From positions 21,266,001 through 21,330,000 of the forward strand of contig NC_092674.1 of NCBI RefSeq assembly GCF_964355755.1: DNA of 64,000 nt, given 5' to 3'. Below, piece by piece: positions 54,501 through 64,000 of the stretch; position 1 is the stretch's first letter, and each line of letters begins with the position of its first letter. This stretch comes from Antedon mediterranea. Taxonomy: Eukaryota; Animalia; Echinodermata. The position numbers and the translations under genes are program-made. The notes under the pieces were generated by a model, which saw only the letters and a program-made list of their open reading frames with translations, had not been told where the DNA came from and did no database searches.

Positions 54501-57500
54501 CTCAACTTGGGCCGTGCTCCGCACCCAAAACAAAATTATCGGTTACATTTTTAAGCAATAAAGTGCGTATGATCAGTCATTACCAAAAACAACCAGATCG
54601 CAACAATTTGTCCCTTAGGTCAAATGTTAAAAATTATCGCAATTATCGGTTAATTTTTCTCAAGAGGCATTTTATCGGTTAGTTATCACACCGACGAGAT
54701 GCTTGTTCTTTTCTGTCCCTAGTTGTACTGCGCATGTGTGTTGCCTTGGAATTTAACTGACCAATCACAGTACACTAATAATTAAATAGCGCCCTCAACT
54801 AGGCAATGATAAAACTAATAAATCGTGAAAGCAAACCTGGTAACAACTTGTAACATTTTACGCAGATGTGAAATAGGTATAACTTGTATTTATAGGGCAT
54901 GCCTGGAATAAGGGAAGTCAATTTGGGCAATATGTTTCATATTTGTCAAAAATCGTGAAAATTACTCGGTCAATATTATCGTACTCGAGGACATATACAC
55001 ATTACGATCCCCGCAGTGTTAGTCATGTGATGCAGTTTCAACCAATCACGTATTTACATAGGCTATGTAATATAAAAGGATATCATCATGAAAATAAAAT
55101 TTGAGCAGAGGAACCATGATTTTCACAACTTGTTCTGTGTAATCTGCAAATGCTTCCTTTAATTCCTTTGCGTAACAGACCAACATCTGACAAGCTGTGC
55201 TTTTATCATCTAGACCAGATGTACGAATTCCAAAACTTTGCTAAAAATTCAAGTAAATACTTCATTATGCAATGAACAGGGTATCAATATTTGCTATTCT
55301 TCTTGTTACTCAATATCAATTCCTTTAAATTCGAGTTTAAAAAACATATTCGATCGTTGGTAAGGTTTTAAGATGACCAGTTTTCACCAAAGCCCTGACA
55401 ACCCTACGGCTCGCGCGGAGGTTTCCCTTTCTTGCAACGATCGTATGACTATCATAGCTACGGCACCATGGATAATCACTATATCCATTTAGTGGGCATG
55501 TGATTGAAAAACAACATAGTAAATAAACAGGATTAAAAAATGTTTTACCTGGTCTCCTAAATTTACAAACTGCCATCCTTCATCCTCTCTCAGATTTTGA
55601 GCGTCTTCCGCTAAAAAAATTATTTATATTTATTACTTCTAATACAATTTCCTTTTTGATAAGATATTTAGCTATTGTAACTACTGGCAGATATTGCTAC
55701 ATAGTGGCTTGCACATTCTGGCCCATCATCTCTTTTTCTTACTGTCTAATAATGCAACCTCAGGCTTGAGGGATGCTGTTTTTAACAGTGGACCCATCAG
55801 CAATGGCAGTTATTGCTACCTAAGTGGCTTGCACATTCTGTCCTATGTCTATATCACCCTTTACTTACTGTCTAATAATGCAACCTCAGGCTTGAGGGAT
55901 GCTGTTTTTAACAGTGGACCCATCACCACTGGCAGATATTGCTGGAATTCTTTGCCTAGTAGTTTGCACATTCTGGCCCAGGCTGAAATCATGTATGAAG
56001 TTTGAGGGTCATCATCCTCTAGTTCATTGGCATCTGTCTGTGTCTTTAGCAGCAGTTCCATAATGTCACTAGCATCTTGCAAAAACTATAGAAAACCAAT
56101 CAAAACAATGCCAGTTTCATCGATACATGTAGAGGCTGCACTTATCACCAATTTCGGGACTAGGATTTCAGTTTTTATTTTAGTCTGTATGATAATGTTT
56201 GGGTCTTAGTTTGTAATTAAAAGAATCGAAGTAGATGTTTTGTAAGCTAATCATTAACACTATGAATTGGTACACAGAATATATCATAAAGAAATAAAAA
56301 TAACTACATTATGTCTAAATATTCTTTCTTTCTTATTGTTGACAATTGTAAAAGTAATCTAAAGCCGGTTTCCATCTATTTTTTTGCTCGAATTGAAAGC
56401 ATTTGATTAATGTGAATGCATAGCAATATTTTTATTCATTTATGTATGTTTATTTAAATATGTGCTACCAAACAGAAGTCGGGAATTTTAAATTCGCAGA
56501 AACATATTGACTAATGGAAAACTGGCTTTATTATTATTACATTTCTTTACCCAGGGTGCATTATTTTTTTTCCTATCCAATTAAAGCAGAAATCATGAAT
56601 AGAGGGCGCTATATAACCATGCAGAGAGATTAAATAATTTGTGTAAACAGCGTTTGCCAACCGAAATGTTTGGTCTAGTGGTAAATGCGAGGTCTTTCAA
56701 AAACAAGTTGAGAGATTATTTAGAGGGTTAGGTTTAGTATATTTAGGAAGTAGATCAGCTATCTTGCAATTCTTTATAATAGAAAATAATTAAGGTAATG
56801 AATTATTGATTGTTACAAACTCAGCAGAGACTTAGTTATTAATAAATACATCAAACAATTTTGATTTGAAGACCCTTGCAGAAGTGTCGGTTCTAAAATT
56901 AATGGGCAAATTGTTCCATATATTTGTTCCACTAACACAAAAACTTATGAGATAACTCTCCTTTTTTGTAAAAGGGACTTTAAGTTTCATAACAGTGTAC
57001 TCTCTTGTTTCACAAATTTTTGAAAGTGGCGTGAATAAGTTTGTCATGCCTATGGGTGCTTTAACTAAATCTCAATTCATGTAGACTTTTCATACACATG
57101 TAGGCGCTTACTTTTTGTTGCCCAACAGCTAAGCCAATTAGACTGATACACTCAATTGTCTTTCCTCGTAGTAATCTCAATTCTTTACTTGTGGCATGTT
57201 GTACTATGTTCTTTAGCCCAGGCATAAAGTTGTCATAGTATCGGATGAATTTGTCCTCAGCTGAATCGGCAACGGCTGCTAGTGTTGTGACCATTTGTTC
57301 CAGGACAAGTTTTGATCCTTTTTGTACTAGCTGCAACCGAAATAGAAAGCAATTTTATAACAATTTTGGAAAGCGCTTTTGCTGGTGCGATACTTGCCAT
57401 GATCGATACCAGTACGGGACCAACAGTCGTATGGGACAAAAAGCCATGCAATATGCAATACACAGGATTCAGTAAATCCAGGTTGATCTTAAATTGTCCT

Positions 57501-60500
57501 ACAACCACCAAACACAAATCATATAGCTAAAGTTGTAGTATTTATTTACCTTGCAGATAGAAAATAATAAATATACTAACAACATACTATTATGTATTAA
57601 GTTATGTGCACATAAAATCCAAAGAGCATATAATAATTGGGTTATATAATAGGTCTTACTCTACACATAAACGAGTCCATGATCCAATCAGAACATTAGA
57701 ATGGTTCTGGTTTTATTCAATTCAAAACAATGCTAATATGGACCATAAAACTAAAAATAGGATACACAAAACTTACTTCTTGTATCTTAGAAACCAAAAT
57801 TGAATGAAGTTTTTGAAGAATGAGTTCCAAGTATGGCACTATGTACTCTTTAGGACAATCCTCACAGAAGTTTACCAATGCTGCTCCAGCGTGGGCCTGC
57901 ACTCTGGCATGGGCAAAATCATCCAATACTGCTACTAGGCCTGGAACAACCTGGTAAATACAAGTGAAACTGTTTGAGTTAAGCTTTCTCTACACTACCA
58001 TACTCTATGTGATAAAAAATGTAATGTGCCCATATATGGACACGATGACACATCGTATCACTACCATGTTTGGGCACATCACACTTAGTTTAACATTGCT
58101 TTCGCAGTGTTTTAAGAGATAGTGTTGCAGCGCCCATGTGGCGGCTCTATATTGCTCTGTGCATAACAACTTCGTATCTGTTTGCAGATGGTTTTTTTCA
58201 TCAAATAAGTTTTACTGGATGCTGGAATAGCAAATTGAGCACCATATATTCACAAATTTCTTATGTGGAAATAATCGTATCTTGGAGTAAATCGCAGTTG
58301 TTTTTCTTGTTGTTTCCTGAAGTTCAGCTAGGCCCTGCTTGTGCCTTTATTGTTTTAATTCAAACTCATCACTGCCCAAGAACAATGGTCTACTAGCATC
58401 AGTGGGAAGCTAGCCCTGTACTTTCAATCTGACTGTGCATATTGTTATGTAAATGACCTTGTACACCTCATGCTTGAAGATCTGCTGTTGTCATGCTAAT
58501 TAGCTATAGCTCTGAGTTTCTTCATGGTTTACAGGGCTGTGTAACCAACAACAATAACAGTTGTGAACTTCCTGAAGAATCTTGCTTAATTATACAATCT
58601 TTTAAGTTGAACTCCAGTAGCTGTAGTATCCACCTATTACCAAGGAGGCCAAAAAGAAAAACCAGGCGTGGTACAAGAGCTGGGCGTGACAAACACACTA
58701 AAAACAATCTATCATTTCCGGACTTATCATCAAACTCTCTCTTATCTAAAAACAATATTAAATTTTGCAGTATTAATACAAGATCCGTTCGGAACAAAAC
58801 AACAGAATTTGTGGATTTCGTTATCGAACATAATCTGGATGTTGTTGCCCTTTCGGAAACGTGGCTTAAACCAGAAGACACATCAGTTATAGGAAATATT
58901 ACACCCAACGGATACTCTCTCAAACATGCTCCCCGTGCTGGTACTAAAAGAGGTGGTGGAGTTGCACTTCTTTACAAGGAAAGCATAGCGGTTAAATGTT
59001 ATGACACGGGATTATTACCAAAATCATTTGAACTGCTAAATGTGGAAATAGTCAGCAATGCATCCTCAGTTTTCCTCGTAGCAGTATATCGTCCTCAAAG
59101 CAAATCAACGGGTTGCAGTCTAAATGTTTTCACTGAAGAATTCTCAACTTTGGTTGATCACTATGTATTGAAGCCGGCTCCCATACTATTCGTTGGAGAC
59201 TTTAACATCCATGTGGATATGCCAAATGATGCAGATGCAATTCATTTTCGGAATCTACTTGTAGCAAGCAGTCTTCAACAGCATGTGTCTACACCTACAC
59301 ACCGACATGGTCATACATTAGACTTGCTGATCACTCGTTCATCTGATCCTCCCGTTTTCTCAAACCTTAATGTCATTGATGGTATATCAGATCACTATGC
59401 AATCACATGTAATCTCCTTATCAAGAAGCCACCCGTAATCACTAAATCCATCGAAACTCGTCATTGGAATGCTATAAATTTTGAGACATTATGTAAAGAT
59501 ATCACACAGTCTGATCTCGGAACTTCGCTCTCAAATCTTGATTTATCAAGTAAAGTACGACTATATGTCACCACTTTGAGTGAACTTCTTGACAAACACG
59601 CACCACCGAAAAAGAGAACAGTAAAGGTCCGACCAAACACTAGTTGGTATAACAGTGACATCTATGCTGAGAAAAGAACAAAGCGTAAGTTTGAAAAGAA
59701 ATGGAGAATCTCTCATCTGGAAATAGATCGTCAAGCTTACATTGCACAGAAGAGGAATGTAAATTCCATGGTAAGAAAGGCAAAGGCCAACTACTACATT
59801 GGCTTGTGTGAAGAACATGCAGCAGATCAGAAAGGACTTTTTAAAATTGTTAACCAACTCCTTCATCATCGCCAGGTATCACCTCTCCCAGATAGTCTTT
59901 CTGACTTAGATCTTGCGAACAGGTTCTGTCAGTTTTTCACACACAAGATCAAGATCATCAGAGACGACTTCAAGATTGATGACATGTCATTTAATGAGCC
60001 TGTGACAGCTGTTCATCAGCATCTCACAACATTTACACCAGCATCTCAAGGTGAGATCCGCAACATTCTGATGAAATCACCAACAAAATCATGCAGGTTA
60101 GATCCAGTTCCTACTTCTATACTGAAGAAGTGTATAGACGCAGTCGTTCCAATAATAACGGAAATCATTAACCATTCTCTTAATACCGGCATAGTGCCAG
60201 ATGAACTGAAAATTGCTCACGTTCGTCCTTTAATAAAAAAGCAAAACTTGGATCATAACACGCTGAAAAATTACCGCCCGGTGTCGAATCTTTCTTTTCT
60301 TGGAAAGACTCTGGAGCGTGTAGTGACATCACGCATTACTCCATATCTTCAAAAGCATAATTTAAATGAGAATTACCAGTCGGCATATCGTGCATGTCAT
60401 AGCACGGAGAGTTCCCTTTTAAAGGTACAGAATGATTTGTTACAAGGAATGAATGATGGGAAAATAACGCTATTGGTGTTGTTGGATTTGTCAGCAGCGT

Positions 60501-63500
60501 TTGATACAGTTGATCACCAAAGACTGATAACCCGTCTGAGAAATCGCATTGGCATAAATGGTGTTGCTCTTAACTGGTTCCAGTCATATCTTACAGGAAG
60601 ACGTCAGCTAGTCTGTATCAATGATGCATTCTCAGATGAAGCTTGCCTGGAATATGGTGTACCACAGGGGTCAGTAATTGGGCCTGGCCAGTTTTCCATT
60701 TATACGCTTCCCCTTGGTGACATTATTCGCAAACACAGTCTACATTTCCATTTCTATGCAGATGATACACAGATTTATGTGTCAGTAAATCCAGTGCAAA
60801 GGGATGTTGCTGCAGCAATCAGTAAGATGGAAGCCTGTATAGAAGATGTTCGCAATTGGATGACAACAAATTACCTAAAGTTGAATGATGGAAAGACAGA
60901 GTTTATTATCGTCGGGTCTAAATGTAACATCTCCAAAATCAACATCACACATATCAGAATCGGAAACTCTAACATCGCTCCCTCATCGGTGGTCCGGAAT
61001 CTGGGAATCATGCTGGATAGTAATCTCACTATGGAAGCACAAATAACAACTGTATCCAAAGCAGCATGCATATCGATGAGGAACCTTGGTCGTATTCGCG
61101 GTAATCTTAACAAGAAAACAGCTGAATTGATTGTACACTCATTTGTCACTTCTAAAATTGACATTGGTAATGCCTTGTTGTTTGGCATACCAAAATCTCA
61201 AATACAACGTTTGCAGCGCTTGCAAAATATGGCAGCTAGAATTGTAACTTATACAAAATCAAACGCTCACAGAACTCCTGTCCTGATGGATTTGCATTGG
61301 TTGCCTGTTCAACAACGTATTAAGTACAAACTTGCGTTGTTTGTATTCAAGATCCTAAATGACAGTGCTCCTGCTTATTTATCTGACCTTGTGGATCGTT
61401 ACGAATCATCCCGCAGAGGCCTACGATCATTGTCACAAAACCTTCTTCAAGAGCGTAGAGCGAAAAATCAGTGGGGTCAGAGATCTTTTTACGTGTATGG
61501 AACAGCTTACCAGCAACAGTTAAATGCTCAACTAGTCTAAACAGTTTCAAGACCAACCTAAAGACGTCGCTATTCGCTGATGTTCTCGCACGTTGTTAAT
61601 GCACAAAGCGCCATGAGCGCCACATGGGTGGAGGATACCGGCGCTATATAAGTTTTCATTTATTATTATTATTATTGTTAGTCACAGGATTAGGTACCTA
61701 AATCATGGTAGAATAAGGTGGATAAGAAGCACAGAAATCTGTATTGATATTTTTTTTATAATAACAGCCATATATGTTTTGTAACTTTTAAAGATTACTT
61801 TATTTTTTCTATTAATTTGTAATATAACCGAGTAACATAATTTATATTGTTTTACGAAATACAGAAAATTATTAAAATATTTTTTAAAAAACATTCATTG
61901 CTTGCAAGGTCTGTTTTAATTCATTGCCAGCAAAACACAATAATATATTTATGTTTTATTTATTTTTACAATGTTTAAAACATATTTTTTGGGTAAATAA
62001 AAAGAAAGAAACTGAATATGCAATAACTATAGTATTCTAAACAGTTAATTTGTATTGACAAAAAAGTGTGATGTGCCCAAATAAGGTAGTAATAAGATGT
62101 CATCATGTCCATATATGGGCACATCACATTTTGTTGTCACATAAAGTTTGATAGAGTAGACAGAGCTTTAATAATAATAATAAGCTTTATTTAATCACGG
62201 ATACTTAACTCAACTAAAAGTTGTTTTTCAGTAAGACCGTGCTTTAGAGTATTTATACTTTATTCATAATCCTTAAAAATAACAACCCTTCAATTAACTA
62301 CCCAAAACGGTTGCAAATTCTGTACACAAAAGCCATTGTTACCTACCTTTTCATGGAATTTTCGTTCAAATGTAGGAGCAAAATCTGTAGCCATTTGTCC
62401 TAAAGCATTACATGCCGCATACCGAACTCGCGGATGCTGAACAAAAATAAGGAAATTTAAAAAATCAAGGCAGGAAAAATAGACTCTCAAAATATTTATT
62501 ATATCTATCAATGTTTCCATTGTATTAATGTAAGAAAAGAACATTATTATTTGGAATACCATTTCTTTGTATTTCTAGGTCATTGAAGTATTGACTTGGA
62601 AATTAAAAAAAATGATGGAAGTTTTTTTAATGAAATTTTACATAATTTATTTCAGGGTAAAGAACATTCAAGATTATAAGTGTTAAAGCATGTTGATTTT
62701 GTGATAGTGTGTATGGAATGTACTTAATATAGGCTTAATAATTAATTTCAATAAATAATAGAAAACTAAAAATGACCGTACCGGGTCAGCAAGATAGGGC
62801 AGAACAGAGTCAACAATATTATTAAGAACAGCCTCCATTTGTGTATGGCATCCTTCCCCAACTGCTGATATTGCCATTAATCCAGCATGACGATATTTCC
62901 AATCCTCTGAAAGGTGGAACAGAACAGAATATAATTCAAATTTTATTGAAATGCTTCACAAAAAAGACAGCATAAATAAAAATAATTCTATATTTAATAC
63001 AAAATATTTTTAACAATTATTATCAACACTATACTGTATCTTTATTTAGAAGAAAACCAAGTGAATGTACGAGAATGCACCTTATATATTTCGTTCAGGT
63101 ATTTTAATGTTTTCTTGATTTGTATTGTGTTGTGTACGTAACACTCTCAAAAGAACAACACATTTTCTATGTATATATATGATAAAATAAAATAAGCAAA
63201 ACGCTAAATAAAAAAACTATACAGTAAAACAACTAGAAAAATTAGCAGAGCTTTAGGGCAACACTAGCCGTTCATCAGTGAAAACGATATATATAATGAA
63301 CTCATTTTGAAACCCAATTGATAGCAAGTGGTAATCTATACTAACATCTTACAAGAATGTGGCCAGGACTGGGAAATGTCAAAATGTAATTGTGTGTAAA
63401 AAAAGTGAATATCATCTAACCATTTTGAAGCATTTGTGGCACTGTTGCTATTATGTGTGGTAGAATGAACTTGCCACCAATACCACAAGCAAACCTATCG

Positions 63501-63615
63501 AGGGCGCTTTCTCCTGTTACTGCGTTCGTGTCAAAATCGTCATCATCGACCTCATCACTATCTGCCCAATCAGGATCGTCTTCTATGTCAACCATCATTG
63601 CAAGCATTTCAGGAA
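51513..63615 (-). CDS. IPO5: Importin-5 (karyopherin beta-3), 3' part; gene continues beyond the window
   Basis: 16 exons: 63421-63615, 62782-62906, 62347-62436, 57777-57950, 57112-57330, 55869-56085, 55549-55610, 55084-55240, 54286-54458, 53595-53706, 53293-53348, 52972-53169, 52541-52685, 52219-52447, 51968-52109, 51513-51602. Peptides [78 protein letters not shown] and [11 protein letters not shown] are characteristic of IPO5. Confidence 0.96.
53760..53944. mobile_element. 185-bp hAT-like MITE
   Basis: Perfect TIR cagggatgtcacca / tggtgacatccctg. Flanking duplication gttggttc (8 bp if the termini are read as aggg/ccct, otherwise 6-bp ttggtt). Confidence 0.85.
54459..55083 (-). other. U12-type (minor spliceosome) AT-AC intron in IPO5
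   Basis: 5' site ATATCCTTTT, branch-like TTGCTTAAC about 10 nt before the terminal AC. This join keeps the frame [14 protein letters not shown]. Confidence 0.88.
55680..55860 (-). repeat. Degenerate intronic duplicates of the 3' half of an IPO5 exon
   Basis: ttactgtctaataatgcaacctcaggcttgagggatgctgtttttaacagtggacccatca at ~55739-55799 is identical to 55865-55925. Further partial copies of gcacattctg/ggcagatattgct lie nearby. Confidence 0.9.
56361..56529. mobile_element. ~170-bp MITE
   Basis: Imperfect TIR aaagccggtttccat / atggaaaactggcttt with T/A flanks. Confidence 0.6.
56830..57050 (-). mobile_element. LINE ORF2 C-terminal fragment
   Basis: ORF ...[38 protein letters not shown] fits the G..IWN.LP...FK.KL C-terminal motif of CR1/L2-group ORF2. 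Confidence 0.65.
57981..58086. mobile_element. MITE family 1, copy truncated at the LINE insertion
   Basis: aagctttctctacactacc...tttgggcacatcacac ends where the LINE 5' region begins; the right TIR is missing. Confidence 0.7.
58090..61677 (+). mobile_element. Near-full-length single-ORF L2-clade LINE, antisense in an IPO5 intron
   Basis: ~400-nt leader, EN-RT ORF, 3' stem agcgcc..ggcgct then atataa and a (tta)n tail. Possible 5-bp TSD ttagt (58085-58089 / 61678-61682). Confidence 0.9.
58493..61540 (+). CDS. LINE ORF2: APE endonuclease plus reverse transcriptase (1015 aa, C-terminus frameshifted)
   Basis: EN motifs LSETWL, GGGVA, VYRP, GDFN, HTLDL, SDH; RT motifs [43 protein letters not shown]. 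Confidence 0.95.
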   Translation: MLISYSSEFLHGLQGCVTNNNNSCELPEESCLIIQSFKLNSSSCSIHLLPRRPKRKTRRGTRAGRDKHTKNNLSFPDLSSNSLLSKNNIKFCSINTRSVRNKTTEFVDFVIEHNLDVVALSETWLKPEDTSVIGNITPNGYSLKHAPRAGTKRGGGVALLYKESIAVKCYDTGLLPKSFELLNVEIVSNASSVFLVAVYRPQSKSTGCSLNVFTEEFSTLVDHYVLKPAPILFVGDFNIHVDMPNDADAIHFRNLLVASSLQQHVSTPTHRHGHTLDLLITRSSDPPVFSNLNVIDGISDHYAITCNLLIKKPPVITKSIETRHWNAINFETLCKDITQSDLGTSLSNLDLSSKVRLYVTTLSELLDKHAPPKKRTVKVRPNTSWYNSDIYAEKRTKRKFEKKWRISHLEIDRQAYIAQKRNVNSMVRKAKANYYIGLCEEHAADQKGLFKIVNQLLHHRQVSPLPDSLSDLDLANRFCQFFTHKIKIIRDDFKIDDMSFNEPVTAVHQHLTTFTPASQGEIRNILMKSPTKSCRLDPVPTSILKKCIDAVVPIITEIINHSLNTGIVPDELKIAHVRPLIKKQNLDHNTLKNYRPVSNLSFLGKTLERVVTSRITPYLQKHNLNENYQSAYRACHSTESSLLKVQNDLLQGMNDGKITLLVLLDLSAAFDTVDHQRLITRLRNRIGINGVALNWFQSYLTGRRQLVCINDAFSDEACLEYGVPQGSVIGPGQFSIYTLPLGDIIRKHSLHFHFYADDTQIYVSVNPVQRDVAAAISKMEACIEDVRNWMTTNYLKLNDGKTEFIIVGSKCNISKINITHIRIGNSNIAPSSVVRNLGIMLDSNLTMEAQITTVSKAACISMRNLGRIRGNLNKKTAELIVHSFVTSKIDIGNALLFGIPKSQIQRLQRLQNMAARIVTYTKSNAHRTPVLMDLHWLPVQQRIKYKLALFVFKILNDSAPAYLSDLVDRYESSRRGLRSLSQNLLQERRAKNQWGQRSFYVYGTAYQQQLNAQLV
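62055..62167. mobile_element. MITE family 1, partial copy
   Basis: ttgacaaaaaagtgtgatgtgcccaaat...gggcacatcac...agtttgatagagtagacagagct|tta. Confidence 0.75.
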
Positions 63616-64000
63616 CTAATAACAAACAACATTCAGAAATAAAATATTAGGAGACTTATAAAAGCGTGGCAAAACCATAGAGAGTGCTAGCATTTTTAAA
63701 ATCTAAACATAGAGGGCGCTATATCTAAACCATCAATCATCGCATTGTGGTAAACAATGGATATGCCCGCCACACATAATTGAATATGCATTTTTCTATA
63801 ACTAGCAATTTTTGTTGACAGTTGAAAAATTTCAGAAAACTTTAGAAAAGAAGTTAGTTTGATGAAGTTTGTCAACTCATAGAATCAAATAACAGTCTTT
63901 GGGTGTTTTGCAGTCATCATGTGATGCTTCAGATAGACAAAATGACAAACTTCAGTCTAGACAGGAATCACAAACTTTAAAAGACTCAAAGTTTTGTAAA

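Noticed and set aside
58522-61556. Minus-strand and alternate-frame ORFs over the LINE
   Set aside because: They are shadows of ORF2 with no recognisable motifs.

Overview
AT-rich, intron-containing animal genomic DNA. It looks like a marine invertebrate, possibly an echinoderm, but that is an inference and cannot be proven from this window. All four host protein-coding genes are on the minus strand: (1) the 3' portion of importin-5 (16 exons, 51513-63615) with a U12-type AT-AC intron and an antisense, near-full-length single-ORF L2-clade LINE in one intron; (2) an apparently intact short-form ABCC5-like transporter (23 coding exons, 3306-44395, about 1282 aa by my splice reconstruction); (3, 4) two paralogous two-exon genes for secreted 12-cysteine peptides that I cannot assign to a family, one just downstream of the ABCC gene (1078-1676) and one nested in an ABCC intron (41127-41607). 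The dominant feature is a 24.4-kb non-coding foldback element (15659-40065) inside one ABCC intron. It has a 9-bp target-site duplication, about 165-bp unique terminal inverted repeats, and two oppositely oriented arrays of a ~195-bp hairpin-containing monomer with nested higher-order repeats. The rest is MITEs, hAT-type elements, LINE fragments, a composite 5S/tRNA SINE and small tandem duplications. All coordinates and counts were read by eye.
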